Positions 15,201 to 27,200 of a DNA stretch of 64,000 nt are shown in pieces; the stretch's first letter is position 1; each line of letters begins with the position of its first letter. Source of the stretch: Mobula hypostoma (Eukaryota); the NCBI RefSeq assembly GCF_963921235.1, contig NC_086100.1, positions 198,588,001 to 198,652,000 of the forward strand. Direction: 5' to 3'. The translations under genes were made by a program, and so were the position numbers. The notes beneath the pieces were generated by a model, which saw only the letters and a list, made by a program, of their open reading frames with translations, ran no database searches and was not told the DNA's origin.

Positions 15201-18200
15201 GTATTTGAAAGCTTCCCATCCTCTAACTTCCCACTTATTTTTACTTTGTTATATGCCCTCTCTTTGGCTTTTATGTTGGCTTTGACTTCTCTTGTTAGCG
15301 ACGGTTATGTCATCTTTCCTTTAGAATACTTCTTCCTCTTTGAGATGGAAATATCCTGTGCCTTCCAAATTGTTTTTTGCGTCCTTCTTGGTCTTCGTTT
15401 ACCGAAACCAGTGACAGTGGATCATGTCTCCATACCTCCAGTTTGTGTTCCCATAAACAAATTGGGAGAATTAGAGTGTCTGGGATGCATTTTCTGTCTT
15501 TTCTGAATTGCTTCCAGTCCTTTCTGAATTGTTTCCAGCCATTGCTGCTCTGCCATCATCCCTGCCAGTGTTCTTTTCCAGTCAATTCTGGCCAACTCCT
15601 CTCTCTTGCCTCTATAATTCCCTTTACTCCACTGTAATACTGGTACATTTGACTTAGCTTCTCATTCTCAAATTTCATATTTTCAAATATTCAGGGTGAA
15701 TTTGTACCTATTATGACTAATTTCCCCTCAGAGTCCTTTTACCTTACAGTCTCTACATAATTGCAAACACCCATCCAGAAAACTGATCCCCTAGTGGGCT
15801 CAACCATGAGCTTCTCTAAAAATGCAACTCATAGGCACCCCAGAGAAGGAAAGTCTTTACCCAGAACGTGGTGGATGTGATATTTGTTGTTGTGGGGTGG
15901 TTCTCAGACAATGTGAGAGTACAAGGCTGCCTACCCAGCTCTCTGAACCTTTGCCTCTGGCATCAGAATTACAGGAGAGAATCACCCAGCTCCTGGAGGA
16001 GAAGAAGCAGTTGACGGGCAAGGTGACTGAACTGGAACTGCAAGTGGCTGAGCTACTGGAGAAGGTGAGTAATCCCCAGAACGGGAAACCTTTAAACTAC
16101 CCAGAACATGGTGGAATGGAAATTACACTGCTCACTGCAAACCAGTCCCATTGCAACATCCACTTTCCCAGTGGATCCAACCCCTTCCCTTTCACTCCCA
16201 TTGTCCACACTCCCAATGGACCCAACCCCTTCCCATTCACTCCCATTGCAACATCCACTTTCCCAATGGACCCAACTTCCCATTCACTCCCTCTGTCCAC
16301 ACTCCCAGTGGACCCAACCCCTTCCCACTCACTCCCATTGCAACATCCACTTTCCTAATGGACCCAACCCCTTCCCATTCACTCCCTCTGTCCACACTCC
16401 TAATGGACCCAACCCTTCTCATTCACTCCCTCTGTCCACACTTCCAATGGATCCAGCCCCTTCCCATTCATTCCCACTGTCCACACTCCCAATGGACCCA
16501 ACCCCTTCCCATTCACTCCCACTGCCCTCACTCCCAATGTACCCAACCCTGTCCCAAACACTCCCTCTGTCCACACTTCTAATGGACCCAACCCTTCTCA
16601 TTCGCTCCTTCTGTCCGCACTCCCAATGGACCCAACTCTTCGCATTCACTCCCTCTGTCCACACTCCTAATGGACCCAACCCTTCTCATTCACTCCCTCT
16701 GTCCACACTCCTAATGGACCCAATCCCTTCCCATTCATCCCACTGTACACATTCCCAATGGACCCAACCCTTCTCATTCGCTCCCTCTGTCCACACTCCC
16801 CATGGACCCAACCCCTTCCCATTCACTCCCACTGTACACATTCCCAATGGATCCAGCCCCTTTCCATTCACTCCCACTGTCCACACTCCCAGTGGATCCA
16901 ATCCCTTCCCATTCACTCCCCCTGTCCACACTCCCAATGGATCTAAGCCCTTCCCATTCTCTCCTACTACCCATATTCCCAGTGCTTAAGGCAGAAACTG
17001 GAGCTGCTTGGGCTCCTGGCCACCTTGCAAACATTGGGACTATTTTGATGACAGTCCACAGGTGATAGAGGGGAGCTGATATCCGATATGGGTCCAAGCT
17101 CTGGGCCTGACTGCTCTGTGCTCTCCTTCTGCTGGTGTGATGCATGCATGCCTCCTGCTCTCAGTCAGTATCCTGGGATCTCTGCACTGGCAGAGGCTGC
17201 GGCATACTATATCAGCTCTCTGCCCAGTAGATCTGAAAGATCTCACAGCCTTTTCACTGGACACTATTCCCCGGATTCCTGGTGAGTCTTGATGAAGGGT
17301 CTCAGCCTGGAATAGTTTAGTTCCCTCCATAGATGCTGCCTCTCCTGCTGGGGACTATGCTTTTCCTTCGGTCCTCCAGTGTGCTTGGTGAGATCTTTCT
17401 GTGCATCCTGGCTGCTCATACTGCACCCAATTGGCCATGAGGTGTCTGGGACGTCACCGGAGTGCAGGGGCCATGTGGATGTCTCCTTGCTGCCCTCTGG
17501 ACACATCGGCTGCGTCCCCTCTGTCCTCACCGTGCACCTCACGAGGTTCTTCAGCCCATCTATTTCCTGGGAGTCCCCCCGTACATCTTCTGGGCTAGGG
17601 GGTCTCTCCTGTTTCCTGACACCCTGTTTGTTTGTGACACACAGGCAGAGAGGGAACACAGGGAGAAGAGGTTGCTGAAGGACACGCTCAACAAGCAGAA
17701 CAAGAACCTTCAGCGGCTCAGTACAGGTGCGAATGGCATTGACAACTCACCCAGCCTTCACGTCTACCCCAGTCCCTCTGGCACTCTTTCCCATTTCCTC
17801 TCTGCTTCTCTCTCTGTCTCCCTCTCCATCTCGATCTCCCCTTCGCCACAAACGTTCATCGCAAATGGACCCAGCCCAAAGGGCCGGCACGGTAGCACAG
17901 CGGATAGCGCAGTGCTGTACAGCAGCAAGAATCCAGGTTCAATTCCCACCACTGCCTGTCAGGAGTTTGTTCGTGTTCCTTGTGGGTTTCCTCCCATATT
18001 CCCAAGACATCCGGGCTAGGGTTACTGGGCTGTTCGTGTTCCTTGTGGGTTGTCGGCGTGCTATGTTGTCACTGGAAGCGTGGTGACTCTTGCGGGCTGC
18101 CCCCAGCTCTTCCTCAGACTGTGTTGGTCACTGACACAAACAAAGCATTTCACTGTTTTGATATTTCGATGCACGTGTTACATACAAAACCAATCAGCCC

Positions 18201-21200
18201 CTTCTGGGCACCCTGTTTACTTCTGACTCTCTCTCGTTCTTTCTTACTTCTTTCTCTGGTCTTCTCTTTCCCCCTCCCTCCCTTCCTCTCTATTTCTCTC
18301 CCCCTCTCTCCCCCTCTCTCCGTCTTGCTCTCTCCGTCTTGCTCTCTCCGTCTCTGTCTCTATCTCTATCTATCTATCTCTGTATCTCTCTCTATCTCTA
18401 TCATTCTATCTCCCGCTCAGTCTGTCTCTCTGTCTCTTTTTCTCTCTCTGTAACTCTGGTGTTCAGGAGGGAGCTGAGACGAGTGAGGGACTGCCCACTC
18501 TAGGAGACAACACCTCTCCAGTGACAGTACGGAGTGAAACCCTATGCCCTCCCACCAAACCCCCCACCCCACTCACCCCACCCCTCCCATTCCAATGCTG
18601 CCACCGGGCATGGGCTCTGCCCAATAGCCCAGGCAGAGGAAGGCCACTCGGCCCTTAGGACGGGAAGCCATTGCACGTCCCTCCCGTTGGCTGGCCCCAG
18701 ATGAGAGGAGGGGGGCTGTAACAGATTCTCTCTCTGTCACAGTCTCCACCCTGGTGACCCAGGAATACCAGGAACTACAGCAGAACCTGGAGCTGGAGCA
18801 GGGTCTCAGGCAGCGGGCAGAGATCTACGCCCACCAGGTACGGCGGGGCGGGGCAGGGCGGGGAGAGGTGAGGGTGATGGAGTGTTGGGGAGGAGCGTGT
18901 GGAGGTTAGATGTGATGGCGAGTGATGAGGGAGAGTCACAAGGGTGGAGAGAGTCAGGGATCAATGAGGGGCTGTGGGGGAGCAGTTTACAATGGGGGGG
19001 CGAGAGTGGACGGAGGGTGGAAGGGTTTGGGGTGAGGTGGAGAGAGTGAGAGAGTAGGGTGGGGATAGGGGAGAGATGGAGTGAAAGGGTTCAGAGTGGA
19101 TGGAGGGTGGGAGGGGGTTGTGGCGAGAAGGTGACAAATTTTGGGAGATTGCAGGGGGATGGGGCAATGGGGAGGAGGAGGGTCTCAGGGTGAGGAACGT
19201 CCAGCTGACCCTGCCCTCTCCCTCACTCACTCTGGGACGGCCGCAGATGCGAGTGAAGAAGCAGGAGGCAAACCGGCAGAGTCTGATCCTCTTGGAGAGA
19301 GCAGAGCCCAGCATCCAGCTGCTCAAGGCCATGGAGGAGGTGGGCACCGCCCACCGGACCCTCCAGGAGGAACGCTTCCTCCACGAGAAACAGGTGAGGA
19401 GGGACACGGCGAGGGTACACGGGGAGAGGTGAGGGTGGGATACAACGAGGGGAGAGGTGAGGGTGGGAGACAACGAGGGGAGAGGTGAGGGTGGGAAACG
19501 ACGAGGGGAGAGGTGAGGGTAGGGAATGACGAGGGGAGAGGTGAGGCTGGGAGATGACGAGGGGAGAGGTGAGGGTGGGAGATGACGAGGGGAGAGATGA
19601 GGGTGAGAAACGACGAGGGGAGAGGTGAGGGTGGGAAACGACGAGGGGAGAGGTGAGGGTAGGGAATGACGAGGGGAGAGGTGAGGCTGGGAGATGACGA
19701 GGGGAGAGGTGAGGGTGGGAAATGACGAGGGGAGAGGTGAGGGTGGGAGTCCTGACGAAGGGTTCCGGCCCGAAACATTGACTCATTGTTTCCACGGATG
19801 CTGCCCGACCTGCTGAGTTCCTCCAGCGTGTTGTGAGGGGGGAGGTGAGGGTGGGAAATGACGAGGGGAGAGATGAGTGTGGGAAATGACGAGAGGAGAG
19901 GTGAGGGTGGGAAATGACGAGGGGAGAGGTGAGGATGGGAAGGGCAAGGGAGAGGGCAGGGTAGGGATTGGTGCGAGGAGAGAGCACCACCTGCCTCAGA
20001 ATTTCCATCCTTCCATTTCCTCCCTTCACTCCCCTTACTCCATAACATCCATCCACTCCCTCCACCCAGACTGTCCCCCTCCGTTCCTCTTCCTTGTGTA
20101 CTATTAGCTCCGTTCCATCCAAACCCTCCTTCCCTCCCTCCACTCTCTTACTTCCCTCCATCTTTGCCCTCCCACCCTCGACCATTCCTCTTTCTTCTAT
20201 GCATTCACACCCCCCAGCCCCAGCTCACTGCTCCTCACACAGCCCATCTCATCCGCCGCTCTTCCCCGTGGCTCTGCCTGGTTGTCTGAAGCTCTGCCTG
20301 GCCCTCTGCAGGTGACGGAGCTGCAAGCGCAGGTCGAGGGCAGTGAGTACAGGAAGGAGGTCGACAGGCTTCGGATCCTCTTGCAGTTGGCAGACGAACA
20401 TCAAATCGAGCTTGAGGACAAAGTCCAGGAGGCTGAGAGGAGGAATCAGGAGCTCGAAACCAAACGTCAGTAACACTAAAACAGTGATCCCCAACCACCG
20501 GGCCGCAAAGTATGTGCTACCGGGCCGTGAGGAAACGATATGAGTCAGCTGCACCTTTCCTCATTCCCTGTCATGCACTGTTGAACTTGAACATAGGGTT
20601 GCCAACTGTCCTGTGTTTGCTGGGACATCCCGTATATTGGGCTAAATTGGTTTGTCCAGTATTTACCCTGCTAAGGTAGAGCGTTCCAATGAAACGTGCC
20701 AATAGAGCGTGCCAAAATGGCGTAAAGCACAGAAGCAATTACCATTAATTTATATGGGAAAAATTTTTGAGCATTCCCAGACCCAAAAAATAACCTAACA
20801 AATCATACTAAATAACACATAAAACTGAAAATAAATGACACTAACATATAGTAAAAGCAGGAATGATATGATAAATACACAGCCTATATAACGTAGAAAT
20901 AATATATGTATAGTCGGGAAGATGAAGACAAAACCGATTAGTGGGGGGAAAAATCGGCACGTACGCGCATGTGCACACGTCACTCATGTGCACACAGGTG
21001 CCCGCGCGAGACTTCATGGTTATGGTAGTCTTTCTGGGGTAAAATGTCCCAGGATTTGACTGCTACTTTTGTCCCTTATTTGGGAGTGAGAAAGTTGGCA
21101 ACCCTAACTGTAAAAGACATGTTGAGGTGAGTTTAACCCTACTTGAACACCCCCCCCCCACCCCCGTCGGCCGGTCCGCAAGAATATTGTCAATATTAAA

Positions 21201-24200
21201 CCAGTCCGCGGTTCCAAGAAAGTTGAGGACCCCTGCACTAAAATAAGTGTGTAATGTGGGTGTGTAATGTGGTGGTGTAGAGGGACTTTCACTCTGTGTC
21301 TGACCCTAGGTGTGTGTGATGGGACAGTGTAGATGGGATGGTGTGGAGTGAGATTCATTCTGTGTCTGACCCTCAGTGTGTGAAGGGACAATGTAGAGGG
21401 CGCTTCACTCTGTGTCTAACCCTGGGAGTGTGTGATGGGACAATGTAGAGGGAGTTTCTCTCTGTCTGACTCCAGGAGTGTGTGATGAGATGATGTGAAG
21501 AGAGTTTTTTGAACAGGTAACCAAGAGGATTGATGAAGGCAGGGTGGTAGATGTTATCAACATAGACTTTAGCAAGACCTTTGACAAGGACTGGTCCAGA
21601 AGGTAAGGTCATTTGGGACCCAGAGTGAGGTGGACAATACACCATTGGCTTGGAGGAAGGAGGCAGAGGGTGCTGGTGGAGGGTTGATTTTCAGACCAGA
21701 GTCCCGTGACCATTGGAGGGCTGCAGTGACCGATGCTGGGTCTGCTGTTGCTTATTATTTACAGTATGCAATGGCTTGGAATAGAATGCTGCTGGTATGA
21801 TTACTAAGTTTGTAGATGACACCAAAGTGGGCAGAGAAGAAGGTTGTCTAAGATTCCAACAGGGTCTAGATCAACTGGTCAGAGGGCCAAAGCAGACATC
21901 CCATCCTGCAAAAACTCATTTCAGTGAGGTAGCACCATCAATTTGCGGGAGACTTCCGGGAAAGGTGGGATGTCTGCAATAGAGTAGCTCCTGAGCAGCT
22001 AGCCAGCTAGTTTAAATAACGTTAGCTATGCTAATGAACGAATGACACCTGTTAAACTCACCTCAACATGTCTTTTACTGTCTTAACCCACCATGGGCAA
22101 TAGAAAAGTCACTGTTGCAAACAGTGCAGCGAGCAACACTGTCATTATTTTGACCCCTATTAGGCAGGGGTACACTTTAGTGTAGTCTGGGGTGGCGTAC
22201 ATTTTATATTTTTTTTGGAGCACTCTGCCATGGCGTGCTCTCGCTCGCGCTCTCTTGCGCGGTCGCCCGTGGCATCTCAAGTGCTCTCGCTTGCTTTCTC
22301 TCTCGCTCGCTCTCTCTCGTGTGCTCTCTCTCTCGTGGTCGCTCTTGCGCTCTCTCTTGCTTTTCTCTCACTCACTCTCAAAAAAATTGATTTCCGTGAT
22401 ATTGTATATAATTTGCGGCATCAGGGAGCCACTATTAATATACGGGAGACTCCCGGAACTTCCGGGAGAGGTGGGATGTCTGCCAAAGAAAAGCAGATAG
22501 AAACTTGGACAACTGCCAAGTGTTACACTTCGGGTACTGAAACCGGGGCGAGACTTACACAATAACTGGTAAGGTCCTGGGGAGCACTGTATGACAGGGC
22601 GGCCTCGGATACAGGTACATGGGTCCCTGAAAGTGGTGGCACAGGTAGACATGGTGGTGAGGGAGGCATTCAGCATGCTGGCCTTCGTTGGTTAAAGCAC
22701 TCCATACAGAAGTTGGGAGGTCATGTTACAACTGTACCAGACATTGGTGAGATTGCACTGTGAGGACTGTGTGTAGTTCTGGTTACCCAACTCTTGGAAG
22801 GATTTCATTCAGTTGGAGAGGGTGCAGAGAAGATTCACCAGGAGGCTGGAGTTATAAGGAGAGACTGGCCAGGCTGAGACTCTTTTCCCTGGAGCAAAGG
22901 AGGTTGAGGGGTGACCTTGTAGAGAGATGTGCAACAAATGTTGTCTAGTGAGTCAAGCTGAGACAGACGTTTTGGTTGTCATTGAGTTGTTGGGCCGAAG
23001 GGCCTCTTTCTGTGCTGTATGCTCAGCCTCCAGCTGAGGGATGCAGGGCGAAGGGTCATTCCTTCTCCAGGACACCGGGCAGAGGAAGGGAGGCTGATTT
23101 ATTCACTTATTAGACATACAGCACTGAACGAGCCCTCCCGGCCCATCGAGCCTACCGCCCAGCACCACTGATTTAACCAAAGCCTAATCATGGGACAATT
23201 CACAACGACCGATTCATCCACGGCCGGTTCGTCTTTGGACTGAGGGAGGAAAGTGAAGCACCCGGAGGAAACCTGTACGTTCATGAAGAGGCCGTACAGT
23301 TGGCATCGGAATTGAAGTCTGAACTCTGGAACGCCCCAAGCGTTGTGCTAACCACTACCCTACCCCAGCCAAGGTTTAGCGGCCACCTGTATGAGATGTT
23401 TGAGGCAGGGAGGGGCACGGACTGCGGGCTGGTGAGGTGGGTGGGATTTGGAGGCCAGGTTTGTATGGTGGGGTGTGTGTGTGACGTGGAGGGGGGTGGT
23501 GGGTTTGATCGGCATTCTGCGCTGTCATCGGGCTCAGAACTTACCAATGTGCTTCTTTGCTTCTAGTCAGAGACCTGCAGCAGGAACGGAGCTCCTCAGA
23601 CGGTCCGATGAGTGAGGTGGACAAGGGGGCCGCCGGCGTAACCCCACCTCCTCCACCCCCACCCCCACCACCCCCTCCGCCCCCACCAAGCGCAGCCCCT
23701 ATCGAGTAAGTGAACCAAGATCCCACCAGCCTTCACCTACTGCTCAGCATTGTGTTCATGGTGTACCGGTACCAGAGCGAGTAGCGACGCTTGCATGTTG
23801 CGTCGGTGTCTCTGTTTCACTGTACGCTTCCGTACAAGTTTACTGTCACACAGGGGCTCCACAGTATCACAGCAGTCAGCGTGACACTATTCCAGCTCAG
23901 AGCACGGGCATTCGGAGTTCAATTCCAGCGTCCTCTGTAAGAAGGTTGGCATGTTCCTTCCCGTGAGTGCGTGGATTTCCTCCGGGTGCTCTAGTTACCT
24001 CCCGCAGTCCAAAGACATACTAGTTAGCAGGTCATTGTACATTGTCGTGTGATTAGGCTGGGGTTAAATAGGTGGGTTGAAGCATGGAGTGGTTCCTTGT
24101 TCTGGAAAGGCCAGTCCCGCACTGTATCCCTAAAATAAACCATAAGCACGCCTACAGCTAAATGATTGTCTCTCTGGGAACAATCTGGCCTAATGCAGTT

Positions 24201-27200
24201 TCTCCTCAAAACTTTGGAATGTGGGAGTAAACCGGAACACCCGGTGGAAACCCCAGAGGTCTCAGGTGGAACGTACAACCTCCTTACAGAGAGTGGAGGG
24301 AATTGAAGATGACAACGGGCTTGGACACAGTGGCTTCTATGGAACCAACCATATTTTTTTATGATCGCAATACAATGCTGGACATTAAAAACTTGAAGTA
24401 CTGCAGGTCTACCTCATCAGCGAGTTGCTCCTTGGTGGAGAAACTGAAAGAGCTGGACTTGGTGCCCATTTACAGCCGCCCAGGGAGTGCTGCCAACTCC
24501 AGCGGAGTGCTGGGAGAGGTGTGACGCAGCATCCATGCTGGAGTCGTGTTCGCTCGGCAGAAGACGAGCTGTATTGTGTTCGACTGCAGACTGCTGCAAC
24601 ACTCACAGACTCAGGGACTTGGATTAATTTTTCGTGTGACTGTTTTACTGCTGCCTTATATGTGCCTGTGCTGTGTATGACTGTCGGTTCTGTGTTTGGC
24701 ACCTTGGCTCTGGGGTAATGCTCTTTCGCTTGGCTGTATTCATGGCTCAGTGCTGGGACCCCAGTTGTTTACAATATATATTAATGACTTGGATGAGGGA
24801 ATTAAATGCAGCATCTCCAAGTTTGCGGATGACACAAAGCTGGGTGGCAGTGTTAGCAGTGAGGAGGATGCTAAGAGGATGCAGGGTGACTTGGATAGGT
24901 TGGGTGAGTGGGCAAACTCATGGCAGATGCAATTTAATGTGGATAAATGTGAAGTTATCCACTTTGGTGGCAAAAATAGGAAAACAGATTATTATCTGAA
25001 TGGTGGCCGATTAGGAAAAGGGGAGGTGCAACGAGACCTGGGTGTCATTATACACCAGTCATTGAAAGTGGGCATGCAGGTACAGCAGGCGGTGAAAAAG
25101 ACGAATGGTGTGCTGGCATTTATAGCGAGAGGATTCGAGTACAGGAGCAGGGAGGTACTACTGCAGTTGTACAAGGCCTTGGTGAGACCACACCTGGAGT
25201 ATTGTGTGCAGTTTTGGTCCCCTAATCTGAGGAAAGACATCTTTGCCATAGAGGGAGTACAAAGAAGGTTCACCAGATTGATTCCTGGGATGGCAGGTCT
25301 TTCATATGAAGAAAGACTGGATGAACTGGGCTTGTACTCGTTGGAATTTAGAAGATTGAGGGGGGATCTGATTGAAACGTATAAGATCCTAAAGGGATTG
25401 GACAGGCTAGATGCGGGAAGATTGTTCCCGATGTTGGGGAGGTCTAGAACGAGGGGTCACAGTTTGAGGATAGAGGGGAAGCCTTTTAGGACCGAGGTTA
25501 GGAAAAACTTCTTCACACAGAGAGTGGTGAATCTGTGGAATTCTCTGCCACAGCAAACTGTTGAGGCCAGTTCATTAGCTATGTTTAAAAGGAAGTTAGA
25601 TATGGCCCTTGTGGCTAAAGGGATCAGGGGGTATGGAGGGAAGGCTGGGGCGGGGTTCTGAGTTGGATGATCAGCCATGATCATAATAAATGGCGGTGCA
25701 GGCTCGAAGGGCCGAATAGCCTACTCCTGCACCTATTTTCTATGTTTCTATGTTTCTATGTTTCTATGATATTCCTGTATGGTTGAATGACAATTGAACT
25801 GAACTAGAACCTCAATCACTGATGCACTAACCACTCTTCAATGTAGAAGATTCATACCAGCTCAGCCTCTTTCTGTGACTCAGTGCCTTGTCCTGGCACC
25901 CTCCTCGTCAATCTCCTCTGCATTCTTTCCAGCTTAATGACATCTTTGCTACAGCAGCGTGACCAAACCTGAATGTCATATCCCAGATGTTTTCCCAACA
26001 TCACTATTGTCATTTTTTGGGTGATTTGGTGGCCTCCTTACTTCCAGTGCTGCATCTCATGCGATAAGTCTCCCCCAGCCCATGTCTCACTGATTGCCCA
26101 CCCCACTGTCTCTCCTCCTTCCCAAGAGCATCACGCTCTCCTTCTTCCCACCAAGGTCAACCTCCATGTACAGAAACTGAGTGTTGCAACCTGCCCCACT
26201 CTTTTCCCAGGCTTAAATACATGGAGCCCTCCCCCACCCTCCTCAACCTCCCCTCCAGCCTCCCCCACCCTCCACTGTCGGATCCCTCCTCAACCTCCCC
26301 TCCAGCCTCCCTCATCCTCCACTGTCGGATCCCTCCTCAACCTCCCCTCCAGCCTCCCCCACCCTCCTCAACCTCCCCTCGAGCCTCCCCCACCCTCCAC
26401 TGTCGGATCCCTCCTCAACCTCCCCTCCAGCCTCCCTCATCCTCCACCATCAGATCCCTCCTCAACCTCCCCTCGAGCCTCCCTCATCCTCCACTGTCGG
26501 ATCCCTCCTCAATCTCCCCTCCAGCCTCCCCCACCCTCCTCAACCTCCCCTCGAGCCTCCCCCACCTCCACCATCAGATCCCTCCTCAACCTCCCCTCGA
26601 GCCTCCCCCACCTCCACCATCAGATCTGTTATCAACCTCCCCTCGAGCCTCCCTCATCCTCCACCATCAGATCCCTCCTCAACCTCCCCTCCAGCCTCCC
26701 CCACCCTCCTCAACCTCCCCTCGAGCCTCCCCCACCCTCCACTGTCGGATCCCTCCTCAACCTCCCCTCCAGCCTCCCCCACCCTCCTCAACCTCCCCTC
26801 GAGCCTCCCTCATCCTCCACCATCAGATCCCTCCTCAACCTCCCCTCCAGCCTCCCCCACCCTCCTCAACCTCCCCTCGAGCCTCCCCCACCCTCCACTG
26901 TCGGATCCCTCCTCAACCTCCCCTCCAGCCTCCCCCACCTCCACCATCAGATCTGTTATCAACCTCCCCTCGAGCCTCCCTCATCCTCCACCATCAGATC
27001 CCTCCTCAACCTCCCCTCCAGCCTCCCCCACCCTCCTCAACCTCCCCTCGAGCCTCCCTCATCCTCCACCATCAGATCCCTCCTCAACCTCCCCTCCAGC
27101 CTCCCCCACCCTCCTCAACCTCCCCTCGAGCCTCCCCCACCCTCCACTGTCGGATCCCTCCTCAACCTCCCCTCCAGCCTCCCCCACCCTCCTCAACCTC

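Noticed and set aside
16108..16989. 293-aa repetitive ORF as an exon extension
   Set aside because: 43-bp minisatellite downstream of a strong gtgagt donor.
24696..25661. Host gene or domesticated reverse transcriptase
   Set aside because: 5'-truncated CR1 with the family tail and no valid start; intactness reflects young age.
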